Part shown: one piece after another, positions 29,328 through 42,600 of the stretch
Layout: each line of letters begins with the position of its first letter
How positions within the stretch are numbered: the stretch's first letter is position 1
From: Chrysomallon squamiferum
Taxonomy: Eukaryota; Animalia; Mollusca
Assembly (NCBI GenBank): GCA_012295275.1
Contig: CM022665.1
Location: 41,602,001-41,666,000 of the forward strand
Direction of reading: 5' to 3'
DNA: 64,000 bases
Notes under the pieces: generated by a model
Databases searched by the model: none
What the model was told of the DNA's origin: nothing
Seen by the model: only the letters and a program-made list of their open reading frames with translations
Position numbers and translations under genes: made by a program

Positions 29328-30751
29328 AAAAAAAAAAAAATAAAAAAAATGCACACTAAATGTTAAAATTAGGCCCAATATTTAAATCAGTTTGTTTTTA
29401 ACATTCAAACTAACAAAAAAAAAAAATAAAAACTTTATATATATACATACATATATATGCATGTGTGTATGTGTGTATGTACGTATGTAGTTTCTCTGTA
29501 TTTTCATGGACTATTAATCAGTCTAAAGCAATGTATCTATCATGTTATATCTAAACAGAAAAAAATATAGTTATAAAGAAGATACAACTATGAAATGCAA
29601 CTTTAACTTAAATATTCTAAGACCAGTTTGCACAGAATTATGTAATTCATTTCAGAGTTTTTCAAAAAAAAAAACATAAAGGAACTAATCATACTGATAA
29701 CAAAATTAAAATCTTTGTGACTGACAAGGGAAATAACTCCAACAAGTCTAGACTTTATATCAGCAATGCCAAATGTCCACACACAAATGCACAAGGATGT
29801 AAATAACTTAAACTTGTGGGTTTTTCCCCTCCTAAAACATAAAGGTAATTTTTATACAGTATAAGTATTATACACTGAAAGATTTTTAAACAGAAACTAT
29901 ATTATTATCTATTTAAAATACTTTATTAGAAGCAAAAGGTTTGTGATAAATAAAAAATTACTTGGATGTATATCAAATAAATTAAAGCCATGTTTATACT
30001 CCCAGTTTATTAAGGTTATTGATATATTACTTAAAAATGAGTAAACATGCTGTGAGTAAAATATATGAAAATAACAGTAAATCCTGAATCACTGTGGGAA
30101 AAGATGGAGACTTCCTTTCATTCTCATGTGAGAAACATAATGGTTACAAATGGTATAATTTTTCACTGATATTGTTAAGAAAACAAGTGGACATAAAATA
30201 CATTCAATACCATGAATATTACAGAAAAAAAGAATTTAAAAAGATTATAATAAGATTCTGCAGCACATGCACATTTACGCATAGTATTATAAGAAATACA
30301 CAAAACATATCATATACACCCATATATACAAAATATGAAGATTTAAAAACAATATAATAAAATACTGCCACCCAGATACATTTTTATATATACTATTAAA
30401 CAAACACACACACTATAAAGAATTTAAAAACAATATAACACACTACCATGCATACACATTTTTATGCATACTATTAAACATTCAAAATAATATGCACACA
30501 CACACAGACACACTCACACACACAAGACACACACACACACAAAACACACATTATAATACATACCAGTAGATGTACTGTCTGAGAGAAATTACAAGGATCA
30601 GCAACAGCCAGCCTCCATAAACAGTGTACTTCCTGCAGTCCTATACTGTAAAAGGACTTGTGCATCACTTTTATTATAACTGGTCTCTCACTGCAGAATG
30701 TGTCCTGTAAAAAAAAAAAAAAAGCAACAAATATTAATTAGCATATTGAAA

Positions 30752-30791
<40 letters not shown>

Positions 30792-32268
30792 TAAAATAAT
30801 AAAAAATGATTTTAAAAAATATAAATAACTAATATAAATAAACAAATAAATAAATAAAATTCATTCATTCGTTAAATAACAAATTTTAAAGAACAATAAT
30901 AAATATATGTTAACCTATTAGTACACTAGTGTGGTTGCTTTTCGGTAGTTTTCGTACATCTGTTAATTAAAACATGTATTTTCAATGACCACAGGCATAA
31001 AATGATGTGACAGATAAAGATGTTGCTGCATAGTGGTGCAAATACATACATTTTACAATGTTTATAAAGTTGGAATTAATTATTTATTTCAGAAAATCTA
31101 AAATACACTTCTGTACAGTCAGCTTCTGCATATTCACTTAAGTTCTATGTTTTTGAATATTATGAAATATTATTTTATTCATTTGTAGAAAAAATAAAGT
31201 AATAAAACTGGAAAATAAAATAAAAAATAACAACAAACAAACCTTTGCTCCAACAATGACTGCAAACTGACCCTGTGATGACAGCTTGCCTGTCAGTCGA
31301 TATCGTTTGGCCAAGACATGTCCATCATATGGACAAAACTGGTCACCTTTGCTTATTATCTTTTGGACTGCTGAAACAAAATTTAAAAAAATAATTAAAA
31401 CATTTTTTAAAAAGATTTTCTAACTTCAGATAAAGAGAATGAAAAAGAAAAAAAAAAAAAAAAACCTTCCTCCAGTCAGATACCCTTTATAATAATTAAT
31501 GTTAATAAATACACATAAATACAAAAAAAAAAAAAATATATATATATATAAATTTGTTTTAGTATTTTTATTCTGATAATCAAATTATTAAACTAATTCT
31601 TGGTTTTTAAAGACATTTTTTTTTTTTTTATAAATATATCAGAAAGAATATCTGTTGTATTGATTAAAAACAATAATTTAGTTACAAATGTAATAATTGA
31701 AAGTCTTATTATTTAATGTAAATTTCTGTTTATAACATGAGCTATTTCAAGTACAGTCTGGTTTTAAAATATGACTTAGGGAACAGTATTGCACAATATC
31801 AGAAACTGTGGAAGTTTGATGAATTTACACTTTATCTTAGAAATGACAAAAATGCAAGTGCATTTATATATTTTCTTATATACAGCAACCTGAACACATT
31901 TTTAATAATATTTAATGTTTTATAGGTTTTACATATTTTTCTTGTGGACTGGCAAGGTGCTAATGCAGCTAAATTGATCACATAAAACTTAAATAGATAT
32001 ACATGAAAGAGATATAATTATGCACTCAATATATCAAGAATAAGGTTTATTTTGTAATGATTTTGTATATTTATCTGTTTTAAACATACTGTAATAGGTT
32101 AGGAAAACACATATCTTAATCTCAATGAGTCAACCTGATTTTAGGAAACACCCCTTCAAAAATTTGGTAAGATCTATATTTAGTTAGGGATCTGCAATGT
32201 CATAACCAAGAATTTACCAACAATGCCCAATGAATCTGTTCTAATTTACATAATAATGAACTTCTGTT

Positions 32269-32301
<33 letters not shown>

Positions 32302-32498
32302 CATATCTTATTTCAAAGTTCTTCCATGATTAAAGTGTTTATGGAAACCCCAGATTTCCTGTGAAGATTTATCAATTCCAAATTCATATGAATAAAAAAA
32401 AAATCTCCAGTATTCACATAAAATTTGAGCAGTAATTCTCAGTGTTATTTCAGTCATTTAAACTTTAAAATTAGAACTCACTAATCCACTTCCTAGTT

Positions 32499-32532
<34 letters not shown>

Positions 32533-33981
32533 AAAAATACCCATAGGAAAAACCCAACACTAAAAAAAAAAAAAAACTCACTTGTCTGCTGAGATGAGGT
32601 TCCTTTTTGTATTCGATTAAAAACATCTTGCAGTCCACCTGTGACATAGGCACTAACATGATATTGAGGTGGGTTGTTCTGTATGTGATCTTTTGATGAC
32701 CTATAAAACAATTACATTAAACCACCATATTTACACACACACACACACACACACAGATAACAGGGGTGTCTGAACTATGATTCATGTGTCACATGTTTAA
32801 TTTGTTGGGTTTTTTTTTTTGCTTATAACATTTACTGTTTTAGGTTTTTCAAATGTATTGTTGAAGCCCTTTTGTTAATTTCAAATAATGTTAGGGCTAT
32901 CAAATATCTGAGTTTATCGTTTATAAGTAATAAAGTTATATTAAGCACATTTTGTCATCCTTTACATATCATCAGCCAGAATAAATGATTAAATATTTAA
33001 TAATACCTCAGTATATATTTATAATGTTAACAGTTATCATGGTAGATGTAAATTCATTTACAATGCGATCTCAGTGTATTTCTGGCATTATTATTCTGTT
33101 GTGATTTAATTAAGTTACATTATTCATTTCTTGCTTAATCATAATGAGACCTGATTCTACCAGTTAGTGGCCTTTTCATCAGTTTGCAGCAATGGATATT
33201 TCTGTATCCACCTTGCCACTGACAGGAGACCAAATACCAGTCTGGGGAATGTTGCCTGGGACAGGGGACTGTACTTCAAAATATTATTTTTACAGGAATG
33301 GTTAGGTGTAAAATTAGAACCCTTTTTACGAGTTACCAATTTAAAAAGCTGTATGTGCAATGTACAAAATTACTGACAGGGAAAAACTGAAACAGTTCAC
33401 AGGCTGTTTGAAATAACTTTAGTTATAATCATATGCAAATCTGGCAGAAGGAAAATAAAGCATTTATTTTTTTATATAAACTAATACTAATAGAGTTTAA
33501 ATGAACGATTTTGATTATAATTAATAGTACTTACTGAAACATGAATCAGTTTATACATTTCTAATTTTTAGAATCTGAATTAAATGGCAAGACTGTTATG
33601 AAATCGTTTAAATAAATTTATAAGCGTAACTTTGAACTTCGGTATTTGATATCTCATAATAATTTGATTTATTTGGTGTAAAATATATGCAAACTGAATT
33701 TCAAATGATTCACTACGTTCCAAAAAGGATTTTCAACATCATAACAACAGAAATCATCATGCTTGATCAAGTTTACGTATTAATGTAAAGTGTAATATTA
33801 AGTTATTAACGCCGTTAATAACGGAAATCAAATGGACAGAAAGAAAGTGAACTTGCTTCTACAAGTAATCTTGTATTATTCAGTACATTTTTATTTTGCA
33901 AGGGAGTTAGTCGTCACACAACAGTTAAAAACTACACAATGTTTACCATTCGGGCTTAACAAAAGCACTCAAACGATCCAT
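20587..33981 (-). CDS. DYRK/HIPK-related CMGC protein kinase with long basic low-complexity C-terminal tail (contains apparent frameshifts)
   Basis: Exons 33947-33981, 32582-32700, 31243-31370, 30564-30704, 29185-29286, 28214-28328, 27567-27688, 26815-26937, 26176-26275, 25988-26074, 25011-25098, 21852-24125, 21443-21496, 21114-21170 and 20587-20610. Motifs: HVLAKRYRL, VIIK, LQE, HLCLVFEFL, IHADIKPENILL, KVIDFGNS, YRAPE, DMWSLGCVLAEL, LLRYDPDERLTPSQA. Continuity requires removing one base near 25071 and one near 23856. The first and last exons are less certain. Confidence 0.85.
21852..24125 (-). CDS. Large exon encoding the Lys/Ser-rich disordered tail of the kinase
   Basis: Acceptor ttccacag before 24125 and donor AAG|gtaatg at 21852. 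It spans ORFs 23824-24150 and 21786-23855, which overlap in different frames. It contains NLS-like KRKRH and KKRK. Confidence 0.8.
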
Positions 33982-34028
33982 CGTTAAAGAAAAACATTTC
34001 CATTTGAAGCTTTCATCTTCCCCGCCAT

Positions 34029-34456
34029 GTTATTTTCAAATCTCGTATTATCTCGGGTTCTAAATATGCAGATACCAAAGGTTAGAGGTTGCGTCAGACC
34101 AGTATATTTGTAAACAAATCAATATTACTAACAAGCTTTGCATGGTCAAATATACATATGTTTATTAAATAATAATATGAACTGCAGACTGGTTTACTAA
34201 TCTAAATGCTGCTATCAAAGTCGCCATGACGTACCCAAAACAAAACGCGCCAATACGTCTTGCAGACAAGCCTGCGCTGCCAGATATCGACAAGCAGAAA
34301 CATGCGAAAACACTGTAATATGATTGGATGCCTCGTTTTGGTTTCGAGCGAGTGACATCATGCTTCTAAAGAAAGTGGCACACGTATTTCCTCACATGCA
34401 TTCCAAAACGTGAATAATTTCTGCTGGGAAACATTACAAGCACAATATCGAAGAAG
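34029..34456. promoter_or_regulatory. Putative bidirectional promoter and 5'UTR exon between the kinase (-) and the BH3-only gene (+)
   Basis: CpG-richer segment between divergent genes. It contains CRE-like TTGCGTCA 34089-34096 and TGACGT 34227-34232, CCAAT 34250-34254, ATTGG 34323-34327 and forkhead GTAAACAA 34110-34117. A donor GAAG|gtaaaa at 34456 could splice to the acceptor before 35287. Confidence 0.6.
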
Positions 34457-35203
34457 GTAAAATTTTTCTGTTTTGTTTTTAAATTATATAATATGCAGTT
34501 TTGCTAATGTGCATAGATAATAATGCAATTTAATAACATTTCGAGATGACAGTTTACTTGGTTCTTAGATGTTAAAAAAGACTCGTTCATAAAACCAAAA
34601 CCATGCTGTTTTGTTTACATTTTGTGTTTTTGTTTGTATGTGTTACTACGTCTGCATTTGAGTCATTGACAAACTTCCAGCAGTCCGTTGTCCGCATTGT
34701 AATATTCAAAGTGTATTTGTAACAATAATAAACCACGAAACATATTGGTTACGTTCAACGAAAAACATACAACAGGTCGCATCTCATTAAATAACTAAAT
34801 TTCCATCTCATAGAATATTTATTAGGATCAGCTGATGTATAGATTAATAAGAATTTCCACTGAAGATGCATGTCTGTGGCAGTAAACAAAATCATGTTTT
34901 TGTTTCCTTCAGGCAGATAACAAACAAATACCACTAAATCTAAAACTGAAATATGGTAGTAAATGTTTGCTTTTCACTATTTTAAAAACAGATTAGATGG
35001 AACCGAACAAATTCAGTTTTAGAACAGACAACTGTGTTTCACCTGTGCCAGACGTAGTGCTCAAAGATGTCGCCATGTTACTGTGCATTTTCTTTTTAAA
35101 ATACTTTGTAATTCAGAATTAACCTAATTGTGCATGTCTTATTTAAATAATGAATAGCAAACAAAATTGTTAAATATTCTCAACTATTTTTGCTGTCGCC
35201 TCT

Positions 35204-35246
<43 letters not shown>

Positions 35247-35354
35247 TAATAATAATTGATTTTATTTTATTTTATTTTATTTTCAGCAAAAAATAAAGAC
35301 TTATTGGATTACCAGGAGAGGGTCTGTTGAAACAAATGAAACTGCAGACCTGAC

Positions 35355-36050
35355 ATGGATGACTTTGAGGAGAAAACAAAAAACAAACACCCGATCCCCA
35401 AGATCAGAGCAGACAGTGAAAATTCCAGTAGCGGATGGCGCACCCCTGTTTCACACACGCGCGACAGTGGGTACGCCACTGACAATTCACCTGCGACATA
35501 CCAAACCAAAACACACTTCACATTCGACACCTTGACTCAAGCTGCCGAGCAGGGCGGCGCTGTTGGGGGTGACGGTGAGGGTGACGGGGGTGAGGGTGAC
35601 GGTGACCCCGCAATAGAAAGTTTTTCTTCTGTTGGAATCTACTTGGGTGAGGATGACGACGACGGTGACGACTCCCCGTTCTTGGATAATCAAATTTCGG
35701 ACAACCTTTTGGAGTCGCGAGAGAACGTAGAGTCTCTTCAACTGGAGCGCTTCAGGCCGAGATCGGGCGCGTTTCTGCACGCGCTACCAGATCCACGAGT
35801 GCTGACGTCGAGCCAGGAAGGCATACCTGTGCCGTTGGTTCTGCCCGGGGGTCACAGGATTAGACCCTTGGGTCTTAGTCGAACTATAGGAACGCAAACG
35901 CCACATCTACACTGTCTTATAATAAGACAACTGAGGTCAGATGACGATGGACATAACTCGGTTCATGGTAAGTGTAACTTTTCATTTTAACGTTATTAAA
36001 GGTAAAATAGATATTGAGAATTTCCTCAAATAAATAAGTAAATAATGAAA

Positions 36051-36118
<68 letters not shown>

Positions 36119-36777
36119 ACTCTTTAGACTTATGATGTGAAAGTTATACTGAATGACAGAGATGAGTGATTTCTTGTATATTCAGAACATTATTTTATTA
36201 ATTTGCGGTGTCAAATCAAATGTAAAGTTCGTCAGTCAGTCAGTCAGTCTCAAATAACAAGTAAAGCCAATTTTAAACAAAGTATACTTTTTCTTGTACT
36301 GGCTTCAGATTGTAGAATTCATTAACATTACAATGCACTGAGGTAATGCTTAAGAAATATTTTCTTTCGGTGTATTGAATAAAAAGTTTAATGGTGCATT
36401 GCAGAGAGGGAACCATTCCAGAATAAAGAGCAAAGTTTCATAATTAGGTTATACCTACATGTTACGGGACTGCATCGAACTAAATGCTAGTCGTGTTAAT
36501 AATTATTTATTTTTAGAACCGTAACATTACGATTTTTTTTCAATCGGATTATTGCGCCAGTCAGGGCCTGGAATACTCAAGTGTGTCGAGATTAACACAC
36601 ACTGATTTTATTGTACATGGGACAGTTTACGTGCAGTGATGACCTATGACACTATAATTAAGCTTCTTGCGTCATCACTAATCGTGGTAACATGATCTCT
36701 CTGATAAGTGCATTTTTAATTTTAGAACAGTTACGATTGTTGTAGATTGTGCGTGATTTTAAGACTGTTATTTCTTT

Positions 36778-36857
<80 letters not shown>

Positions 36858-37157
36858 AATTAAACTATTTCGTTTGAAAAATTTTATGTTGCGAGTTCCA
36901 GTTTTGATCCTGACTTCTAAATCAAAACAGATTAATGACAAAGAAATAAATAAAACTGCATTTTTCTTTCTTTCTTTCCACTTTAGTTGAACTTTGAACA
37001 TTTTATATGCTTTTACCTACAAGTTACAACCAAAAGGATATTTTTCATTTTGTTTGTTCATTGTGATTAAAATATTTGTTTTTCTATTAATAGGTAAACA
37101 AATTTCATATAAAATAAAACTTATGTAAACATACTTAAATAAATAAATAAATAAATA

Positions 37158-37197
<40 letters not shown>

Positions 37198-38701
37198 AAA
37201 AATGAAAAGTTAAAAAAACCATAATAATAATAATAATACTAAAATAATACTACTAATAATAATAAATAAAATAACAATAATAACAATAAAAACAGAGACA
37301 GACAATGAGAAACCATTGTTTTTAAAACACAGTTCTTATCACAGCTGACGTATTGTTAATCAGGTCGACTTTACGCAACAAGACATGATAAGATTTTTTT
37401 TTTTTTTTTTTTTTTAACTGGCTGCTAAAGAATCTCATCATGAGTGGAGCTAGGGTCACGGGGACGCCTAGATTTATTTTGTCGACGACTTTATTCCTTC
37501 ATAATTAAATTCTATTTTATCTAGTAAATTATAAGCACAGCAAAGACGGCGCCACGTACCCCCCTTCCTTTCTGAACTCGCGGGCCCGCTCCTCAATGTG
37601 TCCTGACACTTATCTTTGCACGATGTTACCGTACAGCCTGCAGGGCAGTTCCAATTTTCCACATCATTTGCACGAGAGATAATGCGGGGCATCTTTAACT
37701 GGATGAGGTTGTAACCCCTCTCAACTTCGCTGCTTTCACTTTTTAATCAAGAAATGAGAAAATGATCTTTCCTTTATTCTCCGGCGAAAACATTTCAGAG
37801 ATACGTCGGAATAAGACGCTGTGGTTTGCGTATGTATATAGCTGCGTATAAATCGTGAAGAGTGAGATGATAGATGATACCCCCCCCATCTCTTTATTGT
37901 GTATTTTCGATGACAAAACATTAGTTTTAATACAACAAGCGATTAAGTGTTGTTTATTGATGTTTAGCTTACTGAACTGATTTTTCTTCACGGATTAATA
38001 TTTTTTAGAAAATATTGTGGAAGAATTGAAATTCATTTTATATAAAATTCGTTAAACGACCTCATAATCAAACGTAGTAAATAGATAAGTAAGTAAGTAA
38101 GTAAGTAGGAAAACAATAATAATAAATGTACCAACGCAACAGAAAAACACCCCGAAAACCCAATGAAACAATAAAAAATAATAACAAATAAATGAAAAAT
38201 GTTTATGTTTTAAATACACATAAATCAGTAAATAACTGCCAGTAATATCAACAACTGCTGATTTCATCTTATGTTAATGATGGTGGTTATCATAGTGGTA
38301 TAGTAGTAGCAGCAGTAGTAGTAGTGGTAGTATTGGTGGTGACATAAAAATAGTAATAACTGTAGATGTAGTAGTTATAATACTAAAAGAAATAGTTAAT
38401 GCTTTAGTAATGATCGCGTAGTTGTATAAAAGTAATAGTAGTAGTGGTAGTAGTTGTGATGGTCGTAGATGTAGAAATAGTAGTATCTGTTGTTGTGGTA
38501 GTTGTAACAGTGTAATATGCAGTAGTTATTTTAGTAGTCGTTTAGTTGAAATAGTAATAGTAGAAGCAGTAGTAATAATTGTAGTAGTAGTAGTAGTTGT
38601 TGTAGTAGTAGAGTAATAGTAGTGGTAGTAGTTGTAGAAATAATAATAGCTGTTGTAGAACTTTTAGAAATAGTAACAGCTGTTGTTGCAGTAGCTGTTA
38701 T

Positions 38702-38733
<32 letters not shown>

Positions 38734-38759
38734 AATAATAATAATAATAATAATAATAA

Positions 38760-38811
<52 letters not shown>

Positions 38812-39631
38812 TTCAGTCATGAGTACCGCAGGATACTGACTCATAAATTTTGACCCAATTACACAATTTGTAATCAGTGTTTGTGGAAGCCTACTCATTT
38901 ATTAATGTTGACAGATTACTACTTGTACCAAGACAGACGATTTTTAGATTCAAGGGAAATAACTCTTTTGCCCTTCACTTTTCGCCATGCCAGAGAACTC
39001 GTGTTAAAACTGTACGTTTTGAAATGAATATTTTGACTGTAATCGTTAACACTATCCGTTTACGTCGCGTTGAATTTATCGAATAAGCTAATATGTTCCA
39101 AATCTGGTTTAGTTTGTAACTGGCCACAGGAACGCCTGGACGGGAAAGAAATAAAAAAAATAAAAATAAAAATAAAATAACAAAATTCTTAAATAGGAAA
39201 CGTTATTTAAATTGATTACGTCACCTTGTTATCAAGCTATAATTAGCAACAGCCAACCCAGTACTTCATGCTGTACTAGTAAATATGACTAATGGTACGT
39301 AAAGTATGACATCGTGTGGTTGTAGATCTATTTTCACACTGCTATCTTACAATTGGTTAGTAATTAATAAGCCACGCCTTCTGTTACAAGTGGCAGGAGC
39401 GTCAGCTCCAATAAAGGGTCGCGGTTTTCATAACGGCAAATCGCAAAAATAACTGAAGAAATTATTTCAAGTGATGCACCGTTAATCACCACCGCTAGTG
39501 AAAAATATTTTATGATTAATAGTAAACAACTGTGTTGTCATTTTGGAGAGGGATGAAGTAGGGGAATTTTATTTCAGTTTTCGATGAATAACATTAATTT
39601 TAGTAACAAAGCGTAAAACAAAAACAAAGAA

Positions 39632-39696
<65 letters not shown>

Positions 39697-42600
39697 TAAA
39701 AAATAAATAAATACATAAATAAAAAGAAAAGAAATAAAAATCTCCTTAAAGTTCACACGCTGTTTTCTTCAAATTTAAAGAATATTCTTCTTTATCTTTC
39801 ACTTTTGGCTTCTTATGATATTTTTCTTCATGAATTAATAGTTAGCAAAAAAAAATCTTATGTAATATTTCTTAAACAAATTATATATATAAATATATTA
39901 TGATCTGGTACTAGAGTTCATTAAGTGCAGGCGTAATGATTATGACCTAACAAATTAAGGGCGGTTGTTGCTAATGATTTGTTTTTAAAAAAAAAAAAAA
40001 AAAAAAAAAGCACTTGTTTCGCCAGCCTCCAGACATTTTTGTTTATTAATATTATTACTGCTACTTAGAACAAACCTAAAAAAAAAAAAAAAAAAAAAAA
40101 TCACCCAAACCCAACCAGGGATGGGCATAGTGGTCAGAGTGGGGGAGTGGTGGTGGTGTGTGTGGGGTGTGTGAAAGGATTGTGTGCATCCTTGGTCTTA
40201 TCTCCTATCAAGATATAAAAGGTGAGCTGGTGCTGTACTGCTGGGTTTCCTCTCTGGCATCGTTGACGTCATCGTCATCGTCATCATCATTTATTTATAT
40301 ATTTATTTATTTATTTATTCATTCATTCATTCATTCATTCATTTAGTTATTTATTTAGTTGTATTTTACGCTTGATAATCATTAGCGTTAAAACACACTG
40401 GGTTACTCTTAACTAAATATTATTTTGTTCATGTAACAGATGCTCCATAACGACCAAGTTGCAGGCGTCATTTTAAATTACAGTTTTACAAGAGTTAAAT
40501 CCCCTTTTCTTTTCTTTTTCTTTTTTTAACTTCCTGCTTTTAGCGCCCGCAGCTTCTGCGACGGCAAATTGAGCTCGACACGATAGTTTCGGATCAAAGG
40601 ACTTTTTATATGCGTCTCCTATCAGTTAATTAATCGCATACCACTAATTATCGGTAATTAACGGCTGAAAACTGACCATTAGCGGTCAAACCAGTCGACG
40701 GACAGTGCGGTAAGCCGGCTTCAGCAGTATCGATAACCCAACCTGTCCTTATCTGCTGCGTAATCGACAGCTGACGGATTTCCAAGGATTAATTCTCGTC
40801 TGCCGTTAATGATCCGAGATTGACTGAAGTTAATGTCGATAATAGCTAATAATGTAGATGTAACGGTCTTTTTATTGTTTTATCGGCGGCAGTAGAGCAG
40901 TAGCAGTTCTGCCATAATCGGAATGTGTTTCTCAACGTAACGTCTGTCTAATAATTTTGTGTTCTGCACTGGCAAGATTAAACTAATTTAAAAATATTAA
41001 CTCAACACCTCTGTAATTTAACGTTATATGACGTGATGAACGCGGCTGTAGGGCAATCAGATAAGAAGAGAAGAAACCCACTGCCAGCAGTCCGTGGATT
41101 ATGTCCATGTGACAAACGTGATGTTTAAATCATAAGTGCACTTTTCCAAATGAATGCACGGTAGATGTCATTTTGCTTACGTCAGACCTATGGCTTTAAG
41201 ATTATTTTATTTATATCTTGTTTTTTTTGTTGCTGACCTTAAAACAGGACTAAAGTGAGGTTCGAAGTGTTTCAGATGATTGGTTAAACTCGGTTCTTGA
41301 GTCGGCGTTAATATGTTCAACAACAATAATAAAAAAGAGTAACAGCGGTATAATGATAAATGTCATTATCACATTATTTTAATTCGTGATCAAACATCTC
41401 CTACGTCTGTATGTATGTATGTGTGTATGTGTATATGTAAACATATTATAATATATATATTATTAAAAAAAATAAAATAAAATAATAATAATAATAATAA
41501 AATTAAATAAATAAATAAATAATGACTAAAAAATAATCGAAATCGAACAACCATTGCTTTCCTATCATTGCCTCAAAAAGTAGATTCATTATTTAAAGAA
41601 GTAAAAGTACAAAAAGGACTTTGTTTTGATCTATTAATCACATTGTCTGTTATGGTTCATAGACGAACTACGCAATTTTAAATCTATGGACTAGTCGTTA
41701 AAAAATATACATCCACAAACAAAACGTATTTTCATTTGTTTATAAAGAAACTGTTTTCTTCGTTATAAGTATACCTACCCTAATGCTGAACTCCCACCTT
41801 TTTTCATATTCTGGACTGGCGCCTTGTTTCCATCAAATTCCATACTAAACTGTTACACGAAAAAGACGTCTATTTTAATACCTTATCTGTATCATTATTT
41901 TCATTTTTATTTATTTTTATATGTTCGTCCGAAAATAAAACAAATGTCACACTGATCTGGAGCCGTCTTTAACACACAAGGGAAATTTAATTTTTGTTTC
42001 ACCTTCAGGGAAATATATACGAACATTATTTTTTTTTTTTTTAGTGATGACGATTTAATTTTTATCTATACCTGTTGCCTTGATAATAAAACAAACATCA
42101 CATTGATTAGAAACTTATATAGACACAGAGATTGCTGACAATATAAATTAAAATAACTTTGGAAATCCCGGTTTATGTAATATTAATAACTTCTCAGGCG
42201 ATATTTGTATATTATTTGTTATCTTTGTGAAAAGAGGATCATAATTTATAAACCCAGTCTTCATATTTTTTTTTCCCAACATTTACTAACGTAAAATAAC
42301 AAGTATATTTTCTCCGTGTAAACAGCGCGTACGTTTTCTACACGTAAATAACAATTAGATTTTCTCAGTAAACAGCGCGTACGTTTTCTACACGTAAATA
42401 ACAATTAGATTTTCTCAGTAAACAGCGCGTACGTTTTCTACACGTAAATAACAATTAGATTTTCTCAGTAAACAGCGCGTACGTTTTCTACACGTAAATA
42501 ACAACTACATTGTTTCCGTGTAAACAGCGTAAACAGCGTGTACGTTTTCTACACGTAAATAACAACTACATTGTTTCCGTGTAAACAGCGTAAACAGCGT

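Noticed and set aside
35309-35780. Minus-strand ORFs 35309-35530 and 35487-35780
   Set aside because: Antisense shadows of the GC-rich first coding exon of the BH3-only gene.
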